Source: the human T2T-CHM13v2.0 reference genome, Homo sapiens. Taken from it: a DNA stretch of 64,000 nucleotides. The notes under the pieces were generated by a model that worked only from the letters and a program-made list of their open reading frames with translations, was not told the DNA's origin and did no database searches. Shown here piece by piece: positions 24,770 to 38,399 of this stretch; positions within the stretch are counted from its first letter, which is position 1, and every line of letters begins with the position of its first letter. A program made the translations under genes and the position numbers. The stretch lies in NCBI RefSeq assembly GCF_009914755.1, contig NC_060945.1; one strand, written 5' to 3'.

Positions 24770-25320
24770 ATATCTTCCCCACAATGGCCAGAGTAACTTT
24801 ATAAAACAGAGATTTAATAATGTCTGTTCATTGGTTAAAATCCACTGGTGACTGACTGTACACTGCCTGCTGGATAGAATTCAACTTATTACACCACAAA
24901 CAAACGTCTTTCCTGAAAGTCCCAATATTTCTTTAGAACAACAACTCTCATGGCTGTCCCCCCAAGTACTCTAATCTCCTTTAACACCAAGCTCATTCCT
25001 CTTTTTCACACATCTTACCTTTTCCCACGACCATGCCTTTGCATATAATATAACATACCATCTGTCTAGTCCTTCCTCCCTTCCCTGACTGGTGAACTCT
25101 TACTAATCCTTCAAGGTCCAACCCAAATACTAACTCCTCAGCAAAGTCTTTTCAGCCCTGCTGGGTTAACAGGTGTCTCCAGTGTATGTGTGTGACATTG
25201 TTTCAAAATTTATTTTGCATAAGTATCTACGGACTTCACTCTGTTTTGAGAAGTAGTACCACCGGCTAGCACCGTAGCTGACACATCACAGGAATACATT
25301 AAAAGCTGACTTAATTAACT
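24770..25320 (+). mobile_element. L2 fragments
   Basis: ccacaatggccagagtaacttt ... ccatgcctttgcatat ... tccttcaagg. Confidence 0.55.
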
Positions 25321-25446
25321 AATCTGCTCAGACATTCTTAGAAAATGTTCCTCTTCCTCAGCAGTGTTAGTTTTGCTCTTTTCAGGTCATTCAGACACAT
25401 AATGGAAGCTGGGTTCAAATATACATGTGAGGTTTCAAATACTACA

Positions 25447-26174
25447 TGATACAATTTAGATCAGTGTCCCCACCCAAATCTCATGTTGAAATGTAATCCC
25501 CAATGCTGGAAGTGGGGCCTGGTGGGAGGTGATTGGATCATGGGGATGGTTTCTCATGGTTTAACACCACCCCCACTTGGTGCTGTTGTCATCATAGTGA
25601 GTTCTCATGAAATCTGGTTGTTTAAAAGTTTGTAGCACCTCCCACCTCTCTCTCTTCCTTCTACTCTAGCCATGTGAAGTACCAGCTCTCCCTTCACCTT
25701 CTGCCATGATTATACATTTCCCAAGGCCTCCCTAGAAACCGAGCAGATGCCAGCATCATGCTGCCTATACAGCCTGTGGGATCAGGGGCAAATTAAACAT
25801 CTTATCTTTCTTTTATAAATTATCCAGTCTCAGGTATTTCTTCTTTTTTTTTTGACGGAGTCTCACTCTGTCACCCAGGCTGGAGTGCAGTGGCATGATC
25901 TCAGCTCACTGTAACCTCCGCCTCTTGGGTTCAAGTGATTCTCGTGCCTCAGCCTCCTGAGCAGCTGGGATTATAGGTGCACGTCACCACACCTGGCTAA
26001 TTTTTGTATTTTTAGTAGAGACGGGGTTTCGCCATGTTAGCCAAGCTGTTCTCAAACTCCTGACCTCAGGTTATCTGCTTGCCTTGGCCTCCCAAAGTTC
26101 TGGGACTATAGGCATCAGCCACCATGCCCAGCCTCAGGCATTTCTTTATAGCAGTGTGAGAATGGACTAAACCA
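25447..26174 (+). mobile_element. MSTA solo LTR interrupted by an Alu
   Basis: tgatacaatttagatcagtgtcccc ... gagcagatgccagcatcatgc ... aatggactaaacca. Confidence 0.9.
25843..26133 (-). mobile_element. AluS inserted in the MSTA LTR
   Basis: Full Alu; TSD tcaggtatttctt/tcaggcatttctt. Confidence 0.95.
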
Positions 26175-26264
26175 GTGCAGTAAATTTTTTTTTTAATTTG
26201 TGAAAGTGAAAATATATGCTGTGTGACCATAAAAGAGGGGTGTTCAAAAAAACTGATCATGTTG

Positions 26265-27580
26265 ACTTTGAGTAGATTTAATCCATCATTTAAAACTTTT
26301 CCCCAAAGCGAGCTGGTCACAGTGGCTCATGCCTGTAATCCTGGAACCTTGGGAGGTGGAGGCAGGAGGATCACTTGAGCCCAGGAGTTCAAGAAAAGCC
26401 TGGGCAGGATAAGGAAACCCCATCTCTACAAAATTTTAAAAATTAGCCTCGTGTAGTGGCATGTGCATGTAGTCTCAGCTACTTGGCAGGCTGAGGTGGG
26501 AGGAATGCTTGAGCATGGGAGGTCAAGGCTGCAATGATCATGCCACTGCACTCCAGCCTGGGCAACAGAGTGAGACCCTGTCTCAACAACAACAATGACA
26601 AAAATCTATCCCACAAAGAAAACTCCAGACCCAAGAGAACTCTTATCAACATTAAAGAAAGAAATGATATCAAACCCACACACTCAGAGATTAGGAAAAG
26701 AAGGGACACTTCTCAACTCATTTTATGAAGCTAACATAATGATGATACATGCAAGAAAAGTAAAGATCAATATACCTCATGAATGTAGATACAGAAATCC
26801 TAAAAAAAGAATAGCAAGTAGAGTCAAATAATATATAAAAAAGATAATACAGCAAGAGAAAGTGGAATTTATCTCAGCAACACAAGATTGTTTTAACATT
26901 TGAACACTGATCAATATAAATTAACATATTGACAGAATAAGGTGGGAGGGAAATGAATATATCAAAGGACGCAGAAAAGGCATTTGACAAAAAGTGACAC
27001 TTGGTCATGATAAAAACTGACAGCAAAAAAAAAAAAGAAAAGGAATTAAATGAAAAATTCCTAATCAGGTAAATAAAAGTCCCTTAATCTGATAATCTGA
27101 TAAAACCACATCTACACATTACCTACATTACTATTATATTAATGGTGAAATATTGAATGCTTTCCTAGTGAGATACGATATGGTAGGGAAACATAACAAA
27201 GATGTCTACTTATTACCACCTCCATTTAATACTTAAATTCGAATACATGCAATAAAGCAAGGGTGGGAAAGTGTATAAAGATTAGAATGAAAGAAGTAAA
27301 ATGGTCATTATTTGCAGATGACATGGTTGTATACACAGAAAATTTTTTAAACTATTACAAACCATTAGAATTATTAAGTAAACTTAATAAAACATCTAGC
27401 TACAAGAATAATATATGAAAATCAATCATGTTTCTCCTATATTAACAACAATTAGAAAATAAAATTATTTAAAATTCACAATGGCACCATAAATAAAATG
27501 CTTAGGAATAGAAATAAACCTAAGAAAAGTTAAACAAAACCTCTAAAATAAAAATTATGAAACATTGCTTGACAACATTT
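26265..27580 (+). mobile_element. Old L1M ORF2 remnant
   Basis: acaaagaaaactccagaccca ... gcagaaaaggcatttgacaaaa ... ttatttgcagatgacatg. Confidence 0.8.
26311..26605 (+). mobile_element. AluJ inside the L1M
   Basis: ggaggatcacttgagcccaggagttcaag ... gagaccctgtctc followed by a (CAA)n tail. Confidence 0.92.
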
Positions 27581-27609
27581 AACTTCATGTTCTAAAAAAA
27601 AAGCTAAAA

Positions 27610-29789
27610 AATTTTTAAATTGTATTTGTAATTGACAGATAATTATATTAATAGGGTAAAATGGGATGTTATAATAAATATATACATTATGGAATGATTA
27701 AATCAGGCTAATTAGCATAGCCATCGCCTCATATATTTATTATTTCTTTGTAATGAGAACATGTAAAATCGACTTTTTAGGCAATTTTGAAATATACAAT
27801 GCATTATTATTAACTGTGGTCCCCAGACCATGCAATAGATCACTAGAACTTATTAATCCTGCCTGATTGAAACTTTGCACCCTTTGATTAACATCTCCCC
27901 TTTCCCCATCCATCCAGCCCTCCAGGCTTTGTAACCACTATTCTACTCTCTATTTCCCAGTTCAACTTTTTTAGATTCCACTTATAAGTGAGATCATGCA
28001 GTATTTTTCTTTCTGTGCCTGGCTTATTCAATTAGCATAATGTCCTCCAGGTTCAACCACATCATCACAAGTGACGGAGTTTCCTTCATTTTTAAGACTG
28101 AATAATAATCCTTTGTGTATATATACCACATTTTATTTATCCATTTATCCACTGATGGGCACTTAGGTTGTTTTCATATCTTGGCTATTGTGAATAATGC
28201 TGCAATTAACATGGGGATGCAAATATTTCCTTGACATATTGTTTTTAATTCCTTTGGATATATATCCAGCAGTGGAATTGCTGAATCATATGGTAATTCT
28301 GTTTTTAGTTTTTTGAGGAGCCTCCATACTGTTTTTCATAATGGCTGTACTAATCTGCATTCTCGCTAACAGTGTACACAGGTTCTTTTTTCTCCACATC
28401 CTCTCCAGAATTTGTTATCTTTCACCTTTTTGATACTAGCCATTCCAATAGGTGTAAGGTGGTTTTAAGTGGCATTTCCCTGATTAGAAATGTTGAGCTT
28501 TTTTTTTTCATTTTTTTTTTTTTTTGGCCACTTGCATGTCTTCTTTTATGAAATGCCTATTCAGGCAGGTCTTTTACCCATTTTAAATCAGGTTTTTTGT
28601 TTTCATGCTGTTAAGTTTCTTATATATTGTGGCTATTAGCCTATCAGATGTATGATATGCAAATACTTTCTTACAATCTATAGGTTGTCTCTTCCTCTCT
28701 GTTGTTTCCTTTGCTGTTCAGAAAGAAACTTTTTAGTTTAGCACAATCCCATTTGTCTATTTTTACTTTCATTGCCTGTGCTTTTGAAGTCATAGCCAAG
28801 AAATGATTGCCCAGACCAATGTCATAGAGCTTTTCTTTATGTTTTCTTCTAGAAGTTTTACAATTTTAAGTCATACGTTTAAGTCTTTAATCCACTTTGA
28901 GTATATGGGGTGATATAAGAATTCAATTTTATTCTTCTGCATGTAGACATCCAGTTTTCTCTTTACCATTTCTCGAAGACACTGTCCTCTCCCCAGTGTA
29001 TTCTTGACACCTTTGTCAAACATCAATTGATCATAAATGCCTGGATTTATTTTGGGGCTCTCTATCCTGTTCCATTGGTCAGTGTGTCTGTTTTATGCCA
29101 TTACCATGCTGTTTTGATTACTATAGCTTTGCAATGCATTTTTCAATAAGGTAATGTCATGCCTTTTGGCTTTTTTCTTTTTGCTCAAAATTGCCTTGGT
29201 TATTTGGGGTCTTCTGTGGCTCTATAAAAAAAAATGTAGGATTGCTTTTTCTATTTCTGTAAAAAGTGATATTTAAAGTTTGATAGAGATTGCATTGAAT
29301 CTGTAGATCACCTTAAGTAGTGTGGGCATTTTAACAATATTCATTCTTTCAATTCATGAACACAGTATAGCTCTCCATTTGTTTGTTTTGTCTTCAGTTT
29401 ATTTCAATGTTTTATAGTTTTCCTTGTAGAGATCTTTTACCTTGTTGGTTAAATTTACTCCTAAGTATTTTTATGCTATTGTAAATGAAATTACCTTCTT
29501 AATTTCTTTTTCAGATAATTTGTTATTAGAGTATGGAAATGCTACTAAATTTTGTATGTTGATTTTTTATTCTGCAACATTACAGGATTTGTTTTTCAGT
29601 TCTAACAGTTTTTTTAGTGGAGTCTTTATTGTTTCTATATATAAGATCATGTCATCAGCAAACAGACAATTTCACTGCATTCTCGCCTATTTGGATGCCT
29701 TTTATTTCTTTTTCCTTCCTAATTGCTCTGACTAGGACTTCCAGTACTATGTTGAATAGAAGTGGTGAGAGTGGGCATTCTTGTCCTTG
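27610..29789 (-). mobile_element. 5'-truncated L1MA (about L1MA6/7), 3' 2.2 kb
   Basis: L1MA 3'UTR in reverse (aattttgaaatatacaatgcattattattaact) through ORF2, ending at agtggtgagagtgggcattcttgtccttg. Confidence 0.9.
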
Positions 29790-32700
29790 ACTGGCATGCC
29801 CCCAGGCTAACACAGCAGGCTTGTACATACCTCCCAGGCCTGTAGCCCTACCATCTGCCTCTAGCAGACATGCTCCCACGTTAGCCAAGCTGACATGCAC
29901 CTGTGTCCCAGGCCTGAGAAACATGGCCAGGGGCCACCCAGGATAGTCAAACAGCTATGTAAAGCATCCAGGCCCAATCCATAGGCCACCCCTGGCAGGT
30001 ATGCCCCCAGGCCAGCCAAGCCACTACACAACCATGCCCTTCCTGGCCAAAGTAACAGCCCCATGACCCCAACCCAAGTGAGCCAATGCCAAGTTGGCCA
30101 ACCACTGTGTGCATTAATGCTTCTCTGGCCTGAGAAACAGTTCAGTAAACCCACCCCCAGCAAAGCTGCACCACCACTACCATAAATTCTTTTAGCCTAG
30201 GCTACTGGGACACTTGCAAACATCACTAGCCTAGTTTACAACCGAAAAAACTTCATGGAGACTACACTACTGTACCCACCTTAAACTAAAGTCAATTCAC
30301 CCCCACTGAACTGACACGTCAAGACTCATGTATATAAATACATTTTTCCCTATGAAAACCCTGTAAAATTGGAAGAGGTGACTGACTATTCCACCAGATG
30401 CACAGAAATCAACATAGAAACATATCAAACATTAAAAACAAAAAAATGACACCTCCAAATGAACACAATAATTTTTCAGTAACAGACCCCAATCATAAGA
30501 AAATAAACAAAATGTCAGAAGGGGAATTCAACATAGTGATCTTAAGGAAACTCATTGAAATATAAAAGAATACAGACAATTCAACAAAATCAGGAAAACA
30601 ATTCATACTTTGAATGAGAAATTCAACAATGGGATAGATATTTAAAAAAATAGAAATCCTAGAGCTGAAGAATCAATAAATAAAATGCCTAAATACAATC
30701 AAGAGTTTCAACAACAGACTAAACCACGCAAAGGAAAGAATTTCTGAACTTGGGGACAGTCTTTTGAAACAACACAGGCAGACAAAAAAAAGAAAAAAAG
30801 TTAAAAAGGAAAAAAGAAAATGTACAGGATTTACGAGACATCAGTAAGTAAACAAATATTCACATTATGGGTGTTACAGAAGGAGAAAAGTATGAAGAAG
30901 TGTAAAAACTTATTTACTAAATTAGTATAACAGCTGAAGACTTCCTAAGTTGTGGGAGAGAGAAGGACATCTAGATCAAGGAAGCTCGAAGAACCTCAAA
31001 TAGATTCAGATCAAACAGGGCCCCTCCAAGGCAGATTATAGTCAAATTGTCAAAAGACAAACACAAAGAAAGAATTCTAAAAACAGCAAGAAAAAAAGCA
31101 TCAAGTCACATATAAGAGAATATGCATTAGGCTAACAATAGATTTCTCAGCAGAAATTACAGGCTGGGAGAGAGTGGGATGCTACAGTCCAAGTACTGAA
31201 AGAAAAAACAGATAGCTAAAAATTATATACCCAGCAAAGCTATCTTTCAAAAATGAAGGAGGAATCGAACCATTCCCAGATAAGTAAAAACTAAGGGAAT
31301 TTTTTACCACTAGACTGGCCTTACAATAAATGCTCAAAGGAGTCTTACATCTGGAAGTAAAAAGACAATAACCACCATTATGAAACATGCAAAACTATAA
31401 AACTCACCAGGAAGGCCAATACACAAAAGAGAAAGAGAAAGGAATCAAAACTTATCACTACCAAAATACCACCCAACCATAAAAATAAACAATAATAGAG
31501 GAAGAAAGAAAGAATATATTAAACAATCAGAAAAAGAAACAGTAAAATGACACAAATAAGTTCTTACCTATCAATAATAACCTTGAATGTAAATGAATTA
31601 AATTTCCCATTTAAAAGATATAGATGAGCTGAACAGATTTCTTTTAAAAAATACCCAACTACATGCTGCCTATAAGAAATTCATCTCAGCTGTAAAGACA
31701 CACATAGATTGAGAGTGAAGGGATGGAAAAAGATATTCCACACAAATAAAAACCAAAAGTGAGCAGGAGTAGCTATACATATATCAGACAAAACAGTTCA
31801 AGTCAAAAAACCTGTGAAAAAGAGGCAAACAGCGGCAATATATGATAATAAAAGGACCAATTCAGCAAGAAAATATAGCAAATGTAAATATATATGCACC
31901 CAACACTGGAGCACTCAGACATATAAAGCAAATATTATTAGATTGAAACAGACAGATAGACCCCAATACAATAATATTAATAGTTAAAGACTTCAATACT
32001 CCACTGTCAGCATTGGACAGATCATCTAGACAGATAATCAAAAAAAGAAATATTGGATTTAAAATGCACCATAGAGTAAATGGACCTAATAGTCATTTAC
32101 AGATCATTTTACCCAATAGCTGCAGAACACATATTCTTCTTATCAGTGCAAGGAACAATCTCCAGGATTGACCACATGTTAGGATATGAAACAAGTCTCA
32201 ATTTTTTTATTGAAATCATATCAACTATCTTATCTAACCACAACAGAATAAAACTAGAAATCAATAATGAGGATCATTCAAAACTATACAAATATGTGGC
32301 AATTAAACAACAGGCTCCTGCATGAATAATGGGTGAATGAGGAAATTAAGGATGAAATTCTAAAATTCCCTGAAACAAATGCAGATAGAACCCAAACATA
32401 CCAACACCTATGGGAGATAGCAAAACTTGCCTTAAGAGGCAAGTTTAGGCTGAGCACGGTGGCTCATGCTTGTAACCCCAGCACTTTGGGGAGCCGAAGC
32501 TGGTGGATCACATGAGGTTGGGAGTTCAAGACCAGCCTGGCCAACATGGTGAAACGCCATCTCTACCAAAAAAAATACAAATATTAGCCCAGCCTAGGTG
32601 ACAGAGCAAGACTCTGTCTAACGAAGAAAAAAAAATACCAGAGACTGGGTAATTTATAAAGGAAAGAGGTTTAGTTGACTCACAGTTCCACATGGCTGGG

Positions 32701-35400
32701 GAGGCCTCACAATCATGGCAGAAGGTGAATGAGGAGCAAAGTCACATCTTACATGGTGGCCTGGCCAATATGTGAAACCTCGTTTCTACTATATGAAAAT
32801 TAGCCGGACATGGTGGCATGTGCCTGTAATCTCAGCTACTTGGGAGTCTGGTATGAGAATTACTTGAACCCAAGAGGCAGAGGTTGCAGTGAGCCAAGAT
32901 CATGCCACTACAATCCAGCCTGGGCAACAGAAAAAAAAAGAAAAAGAAAAAAAAGAGGCAGTAATAGTGATAAATGTCTACACTAAAAAAACTAGAAAGA
33001 TTTCAAATAAACAACTTAATGTTACATCTCGAAGAACTATAAAAGCAAGAATAAACCAAACCCACAATTAGTCGAAGGAAAAAAAAATAAAGATCAAAGC
33101 AGAAATGAAATTGAGATAAAAATACAAAAGATTAACAAAACAAAAAGTTGGCTTTGTGAAAAGATAGACAAAAGTGACAAACCATTAGCTAGACCTAAGA
33201 AAAAAGAAAGAATATCTAAATTTAAAAAAAATCAGAAACAGGAAAGATGTCAAAACAGATACCACAGAAATACAATGGATTATTAAAACTATTATGAACA
33301 ACTATACACCTGTAAATTTAAAAATCGAGATAAAATGAATAAATTCCTCAACACATACAACATACCAACATTAAAGCAAGAATAAATGGAAAACCTGAAC
33401 AGACCAACAACAAGCAATGAGATTGAATCCATAATAAAAAGTCTTCCAGTAAAGAAATATCCAAGACCAGATGACTTCACTGCTAAATTCTACCAAAATT
33501 TTAAAGAATTAATATCAATTCTTCTCAAATTGTTTCAAAAAATTTGAAGTGGAAGAAACTCTTCGTAACTCATTTAATGAAGCCAGCATAACCCTGATAC
33601 CAAAACCAGAGAAGGACACAACATAAAAAGAAAACTATAGGCCAATATTCCTGATCAACACAGACACAAAAAATACCTCAACAAAATACCAGCAAACCAA
33701 ATCCAACAATACACCAAGAAAATAATACGTCATTATCACTGGGATTTATCCCAGGAATGCAAGGATGGTTGAACATATGCAAATCAATAAACATGATACA
33801 TCAATAAACATGATACACCACATTAACAGAATGAAGGATAAAAACCATATGATCATCCCAATAGATGCAGAAAAAGCATTTGATAAAATTCAACATCCCT
33901 TCTTTATAAAAACTCCTAATAAATTAGGGATGGAAGGAGAGTACTTCAACACAATAAAGGCAATAGATTACAAACCTACAGCTAACATCATACTAAATGG
34001 GAAAGGGCTGAAAACGTTTTTCCTAAGAACTAGAATAAGACAAGGATGCCCAGTGTCACCATTCCTATCTAACATTGTACTAGAAGTCCTTGCCAGAACA
34101 ATTAAACAAGAGAAGGAACTAAAGCACACTAAATTGAAAAGGGGGAAATCAAATAGTCTGTTTTCAGATGACATGATCTTATACATAGAAAAACCTAAAA
34201 GCTCTACCTAAAAACTCTTAGAACTAATAAATTCAGTAAAGCTGCAAGATGCAAAATTCACATAGAAAAATCAGTAGCATTTCTATGCACAAACAACAAA
34301 TTAGCTGAAAAAGCAACCAAGAAGGCAATCTCATTTACAATAGCTACACACAAAAAAATACCTAGGAATAAATTTAACCAAGGATGTGAAAGAACTCTAC
34401 AAGGAAAACAAAACGCTGATGAAAGTAAGTGAATAGTATACAAATAGAAAGACATCCCATGCTCACAGATCAGAAGAATTAATAGTGTTAAGATGACCAC
34501 ACTAAGCAATCTACATATACAATGCAATCCTTATTAAAATATTAATGACAGTCTTCACAGAAATAGGAAAAAAATCTTAAAATTTGTATGGAACCATGAA
34601 AGATTCCTAATAGCCAAAGCAATCCTGAGCAAAAAGAACAAAGCTGGAGGCATCACACTAACTGACTTCAAAATATGCTACAAAGCTGTAGTAACCAAAA
34701 TAGAATGGTATTGGAATAAAAACAGACACCTAGACCAACAGAACAGGATAGAGAACCCAGAAATTCATCCATGTATCTATAGCCAACTGATTTTTTACAA
34801 AGGTGCCAAAAACACTCAGTGGGGAAAGGGCAGTCTCCTCAATACATGGTTCTGGGGAAAATGGATATTCATATACAGAAGGATTTAACTAGACCCCAAT
34901 ATCTCACCCTATACAAAAATCAACTCAAAATGGATCAAAGACATAAATGTGCAATCTAGAACTATAAAACTGTTAGAAGAAAACACAGGGAAAATATTTT
35001 ATGAATAAGACCTCCAAAGCACATGCAACAAAAGCAAAAATAAACAAATGGGATTATATCAAACTAAAAAGCTTCTGCACAGCAAAGGAAACAAGCAGCA
35101 GAGTTAAAAGACAACCCAAAGAATGGGAGAAAATATTTGCAAACCATTCAACTGGCAAGGAATTCATATTCAAGATACACAAGAAACTCAAACATCTTAA
35201 CCATGACAAAAAAAAATTTTAATGGACAAATGATCTGAAAAGACATTACTCAGAAGAAGACATGCATACAAATGGTCAAAAAAAATACATGAAAAAATGC
35301 TCTAAACATCAGAGAAATGCAAATCAAAACCATAATGAGTTATCATCTCACCCCAACTAGGATGGCTATTATCAAAAAGACAAAAAATTACAAATAACTA
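29790..35400 (+). mobile_element. Degenerate near-full-length L1M/L1PB-age element: partial 5'UTR, ORF1 remnant (~30420-31380), ORF2 remnant (~31550-35400); 3' end missing
   Basis: ORF1 motifs gatttctcagcagaaa and atacccagcaaagctatctttc; endonuclease start ataataaccttgaatgtaaatg; RT peptide '[14 protein letters not shown]...[10 protein letters not shown]...FSDDMILY'; many stops and frameshifts. Confidence 0.93.
32448..32953 (+). mobile_element. Composite insertion in L1 ORF2: Alu 5' part, Alu 3' tip, THE1 LTR fragment, Alu 3' two-thirds
   Basis: Junctions visible at about 32589/32590, 32635 and 32760; outer degenerate TSD aagaggcaagt/aagaggcagt. Confidence 0.85.
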
Positions 35401-35554
35401 GAATAGCTTTATTTTTTTAAAAAATCGATATGATGAAATAGCCAAAAAAAAGAAGAAGAAGAAAATAAGATAAAGAAGAGAAAATATCAACCACATGCAC
35501 TTGGAGAATCTACAATGGTACAGAATTCAGGGACATCCCCTCAATGCCCTCGTT

Positions 35555-35680
35555 TTAATGTCTGTATATGACAGTTTCCCACTAAACTGCAAACTCTATT
35601 AAGAGCAGGGAGTCCTCTTCCTATCACAGTATGACCAATATAACTTAAACACAGTGGGAGCACATAGTAAGTGTTCAAAG
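35555..35680 (+). mobile_element. L2 3' end
   Basis: cccactaaactgcaaactc ... gagcaggga ... gcacatagtaagtgttcaa. Confidence 0.6.
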
Positions 35681-36325
35681 GAGAGAGAGTAGGGAAGAAA
35701 GGAGAGAGGAGGGAGGGAGGAAGTGAATGTAGGTAATTATTTTGCCCTCCTTCTATATTGAAAGCAATCTATTCCTTTTGAGTAACAACCCCAATCTACC
35801 CTACAGCAAGAGATGGTCTTAGAGAACCACTTTAGAGGTGCATAAATATCTTTTTCATACCATAAATCTTATATCGATTTTAACCAACTTCAATACAGTT
35901 TCCTTCTCGTTACATTTCATATTTTCCCTCAGATAATCTTTATTTCCTTGAACATTTCTAAGGAAATTCTTCATATTATTTCTAAGATTGCTTTACTATA
36001 TTGTAAAGTCTTCTCACTGAAGCATTGTAAGGAAAAGGTTAAAGAATGTTCACAAATTCTTCCAAGATGTGTAGACTCTTATTTGGAGGCTCTTGGACTT
36101 AACAGAAAAACTCAGTTTTCATTATCTCTTGAATGTCTGCTATTATGTATGGGGAATATGCATTTTAGAATTTGCAACCTAAAAGGCCGCTAAATTTTAA
36201 AATTCTTCTTTGAGACAAAAAATTACATCAATCATCTGAAATATAATTAGTACTGCTAAAATTGTTATTACTATCTACTCTCATTAGAGCAAAAAAAAAA
36301 AAAAACCCTTTCTGTTTGTAATTTT

Positions 36326-36531
36326 TTTTTCATGCCATTCTCCTGCCTCAGCCTCCCGAGTAGCTGGGACTACAGCTGCCTGCCACCACGCCCGGCTAAT
36401 TTTTTGTGTTTTTAGTAGAGACAGGGTTTCACCGTGTTAGACAGGATGGTCTCAATCTCCTGATCTCGTGATCCGCCAGCCTCAACCTCCCAAAGTACTG
36501 GGATTACAGACATGAGCCACTGCGCCCGGCC
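36326..36531 (-). mobile_element. AluY-type element lacking its 3' ~80 nt
   Basis: Y-like diagnostics catgccattctcc and caccgtgttag...gatggtctc; perfect 15-bp TSD tctgtttgtaatttt. Confidence 0.92.
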
Positions 36532-37406
36532 TCTGTTTGTAATTTTAAATTTAGTAAATACCAAGAATAAACACCTTTAAATGTATTGACTTAATGCAAT
36601 GTACAAATAAAGGTTAAAACCACTTGAAGAAAAAGAGGTGTGGAACTCAGCGAGACAATCTAATTGAAACAATCTAAAACTTTAATGTCAGTGTTTCACA
36701 GCTTGACTATGTAAATTCATAAATTTGTTTTTGATACAGTCCTGAATCAGCACAGTAAGATTTTGACTAACAACATGGACCAAGACTTATCTTGAAGCAC
36801 ATAAACCATTTTTGACACATATGTTCACAACAACAGCCTTCAGAAGAAAAGGGAACAGTGAAAGTTCTAAGAAACTGGGCAGGAATACTTCCTAACGTTC
36901 AGTGGTTTAGATGAGTTGCTAAATCCTAAGTTGCAAAAGTGTATGTAGTTCGCATTAAAAAAAAAAATTACTTATTCACTATGCAGACAAAAAGTCCCTT
37001 TGAACATGCTCTATTTGGGGGTAATTTTATGACTCAAAGAGTTTGCCACATTTCCCCAGGGATGCTTTAATCATTTCTCCCTTTTACCCTTGAAAGACCT
37101 CAAAAAATCCAGTTATGTGTCATGAATACACATATGTGCCAGATACATTCAGAACATAGATTTCCTGCTAAATAATTAAGAGTGGAAGAGCATGTCTTCG
37201 TGAGCTGAATGATAGCTTTCTCATATAGTTGACAATTCTCTTAAAACGCAATATTATTTCACAATAATTCCTAAATATTCATTAAGGGATCAGTGTCCCA
37301 AACCAAAGTATTACGGTTCTGAGAGATTTTCTCCATTGCACTGGTCAGCCAAAGGGCACTTTTGGGAGCAATGTCTGAGATCTAGAAAAGTTTTAGGGAA
37401 AAAAAT

Positions 37407-37456
<50 letters not shown>

Positions 37457-37461
37457 GTAGG

Positions 37462-37507
<46 letters not shown>
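37407..37507. repeat. Compound tetranucleotide STR [TAGA]11 TAA [TAGG]2 [TAGA]11
   Basis: Units counted directly. Confidence 0.97.
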
Positions 37508-38399
37508 CTGAAAAATAACTAAACCCAAATCTTCACAACTAAGCTAAGCCAGAAATGTCTGGATTCAGACACAGTTATTATAATTCAAAAGCGTATTTAC
37601 TGGAGAGTATAGGTAATTTCTGTGTGTGCTTAAACCAAAATTAGCTTAACAATAGCCTACCTAAATGGAGCAACAACCTTTTTCTTCTATACTTGCCCTT
37701 ACTTCTTCTGATACTCTCTTCTCTCATTTTTCATACATCAAACACACGAACAAGTCTCTCCACTAGCAAATCATTCCATTATTTTATTAATTCTAATGTA
37801 TTTTTAGTCTGGACACATAAATTCATATAAAATGAAATTCATCTACCTAGATCTTCATTCCCTGCACTTGCTGCTGCCTGTAACCTTTCCAATCTGAAAT
37901 TTATTTCACTGAATGGAAAAGCTAGAAATAAAATGATAGAGAATAAGGTTTGCCTTCTTTCTCTCAACTACTATATTATGCTTACTTCTGTTAAGTAAAG
38001 GGGTTGCCTCTTCCATGAGGGATTATATTGCTTTTTCCAACTGAGGGTCTGAAAGTCATATTTAGCTATTACATTTTTCTAAGCCACCATTTCTTCTGGT
38101 CTCACATAATCCTTAAGGTTCATCTCCCTTATTCTGCTTCTCCAAAAGCATGGTCTCCTCTGTGTATATTCTGTTTATTTATCTACCTAAAATCTAAATA
38201 TATCCAACAGCCTCTTAGATCCTCCTCCTTTCTTGTTGGTAATTTGTAGTTATTATTAAGGAGGATTCTTCTAATTCCTCTTGAACCATGTCATCTATGA
38301 GCTAGGATCCCTGACATGGAATCATACTATGTTTTTTTCTGTTATTTTTTAAATTTGCTTCATGAAAGACCAGAATGACATTTCTGAGTACCTGGAGTC

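Noticed and set aside
33765-34211. 148-aa ORF with reverse-transcriptase motifs
   Set aside because: Fragment of a degenerate L1 ORF2 surrounded by stops and frameshifts; not an independent gene or a novel RT system
27610-35400. Single L1 with a twin-priming 5' inversion
   Set aside because: The two halves overlap by about 1.3 kb of ORF2 and are arranged head to head, which does not fit a single twin-primed insertion
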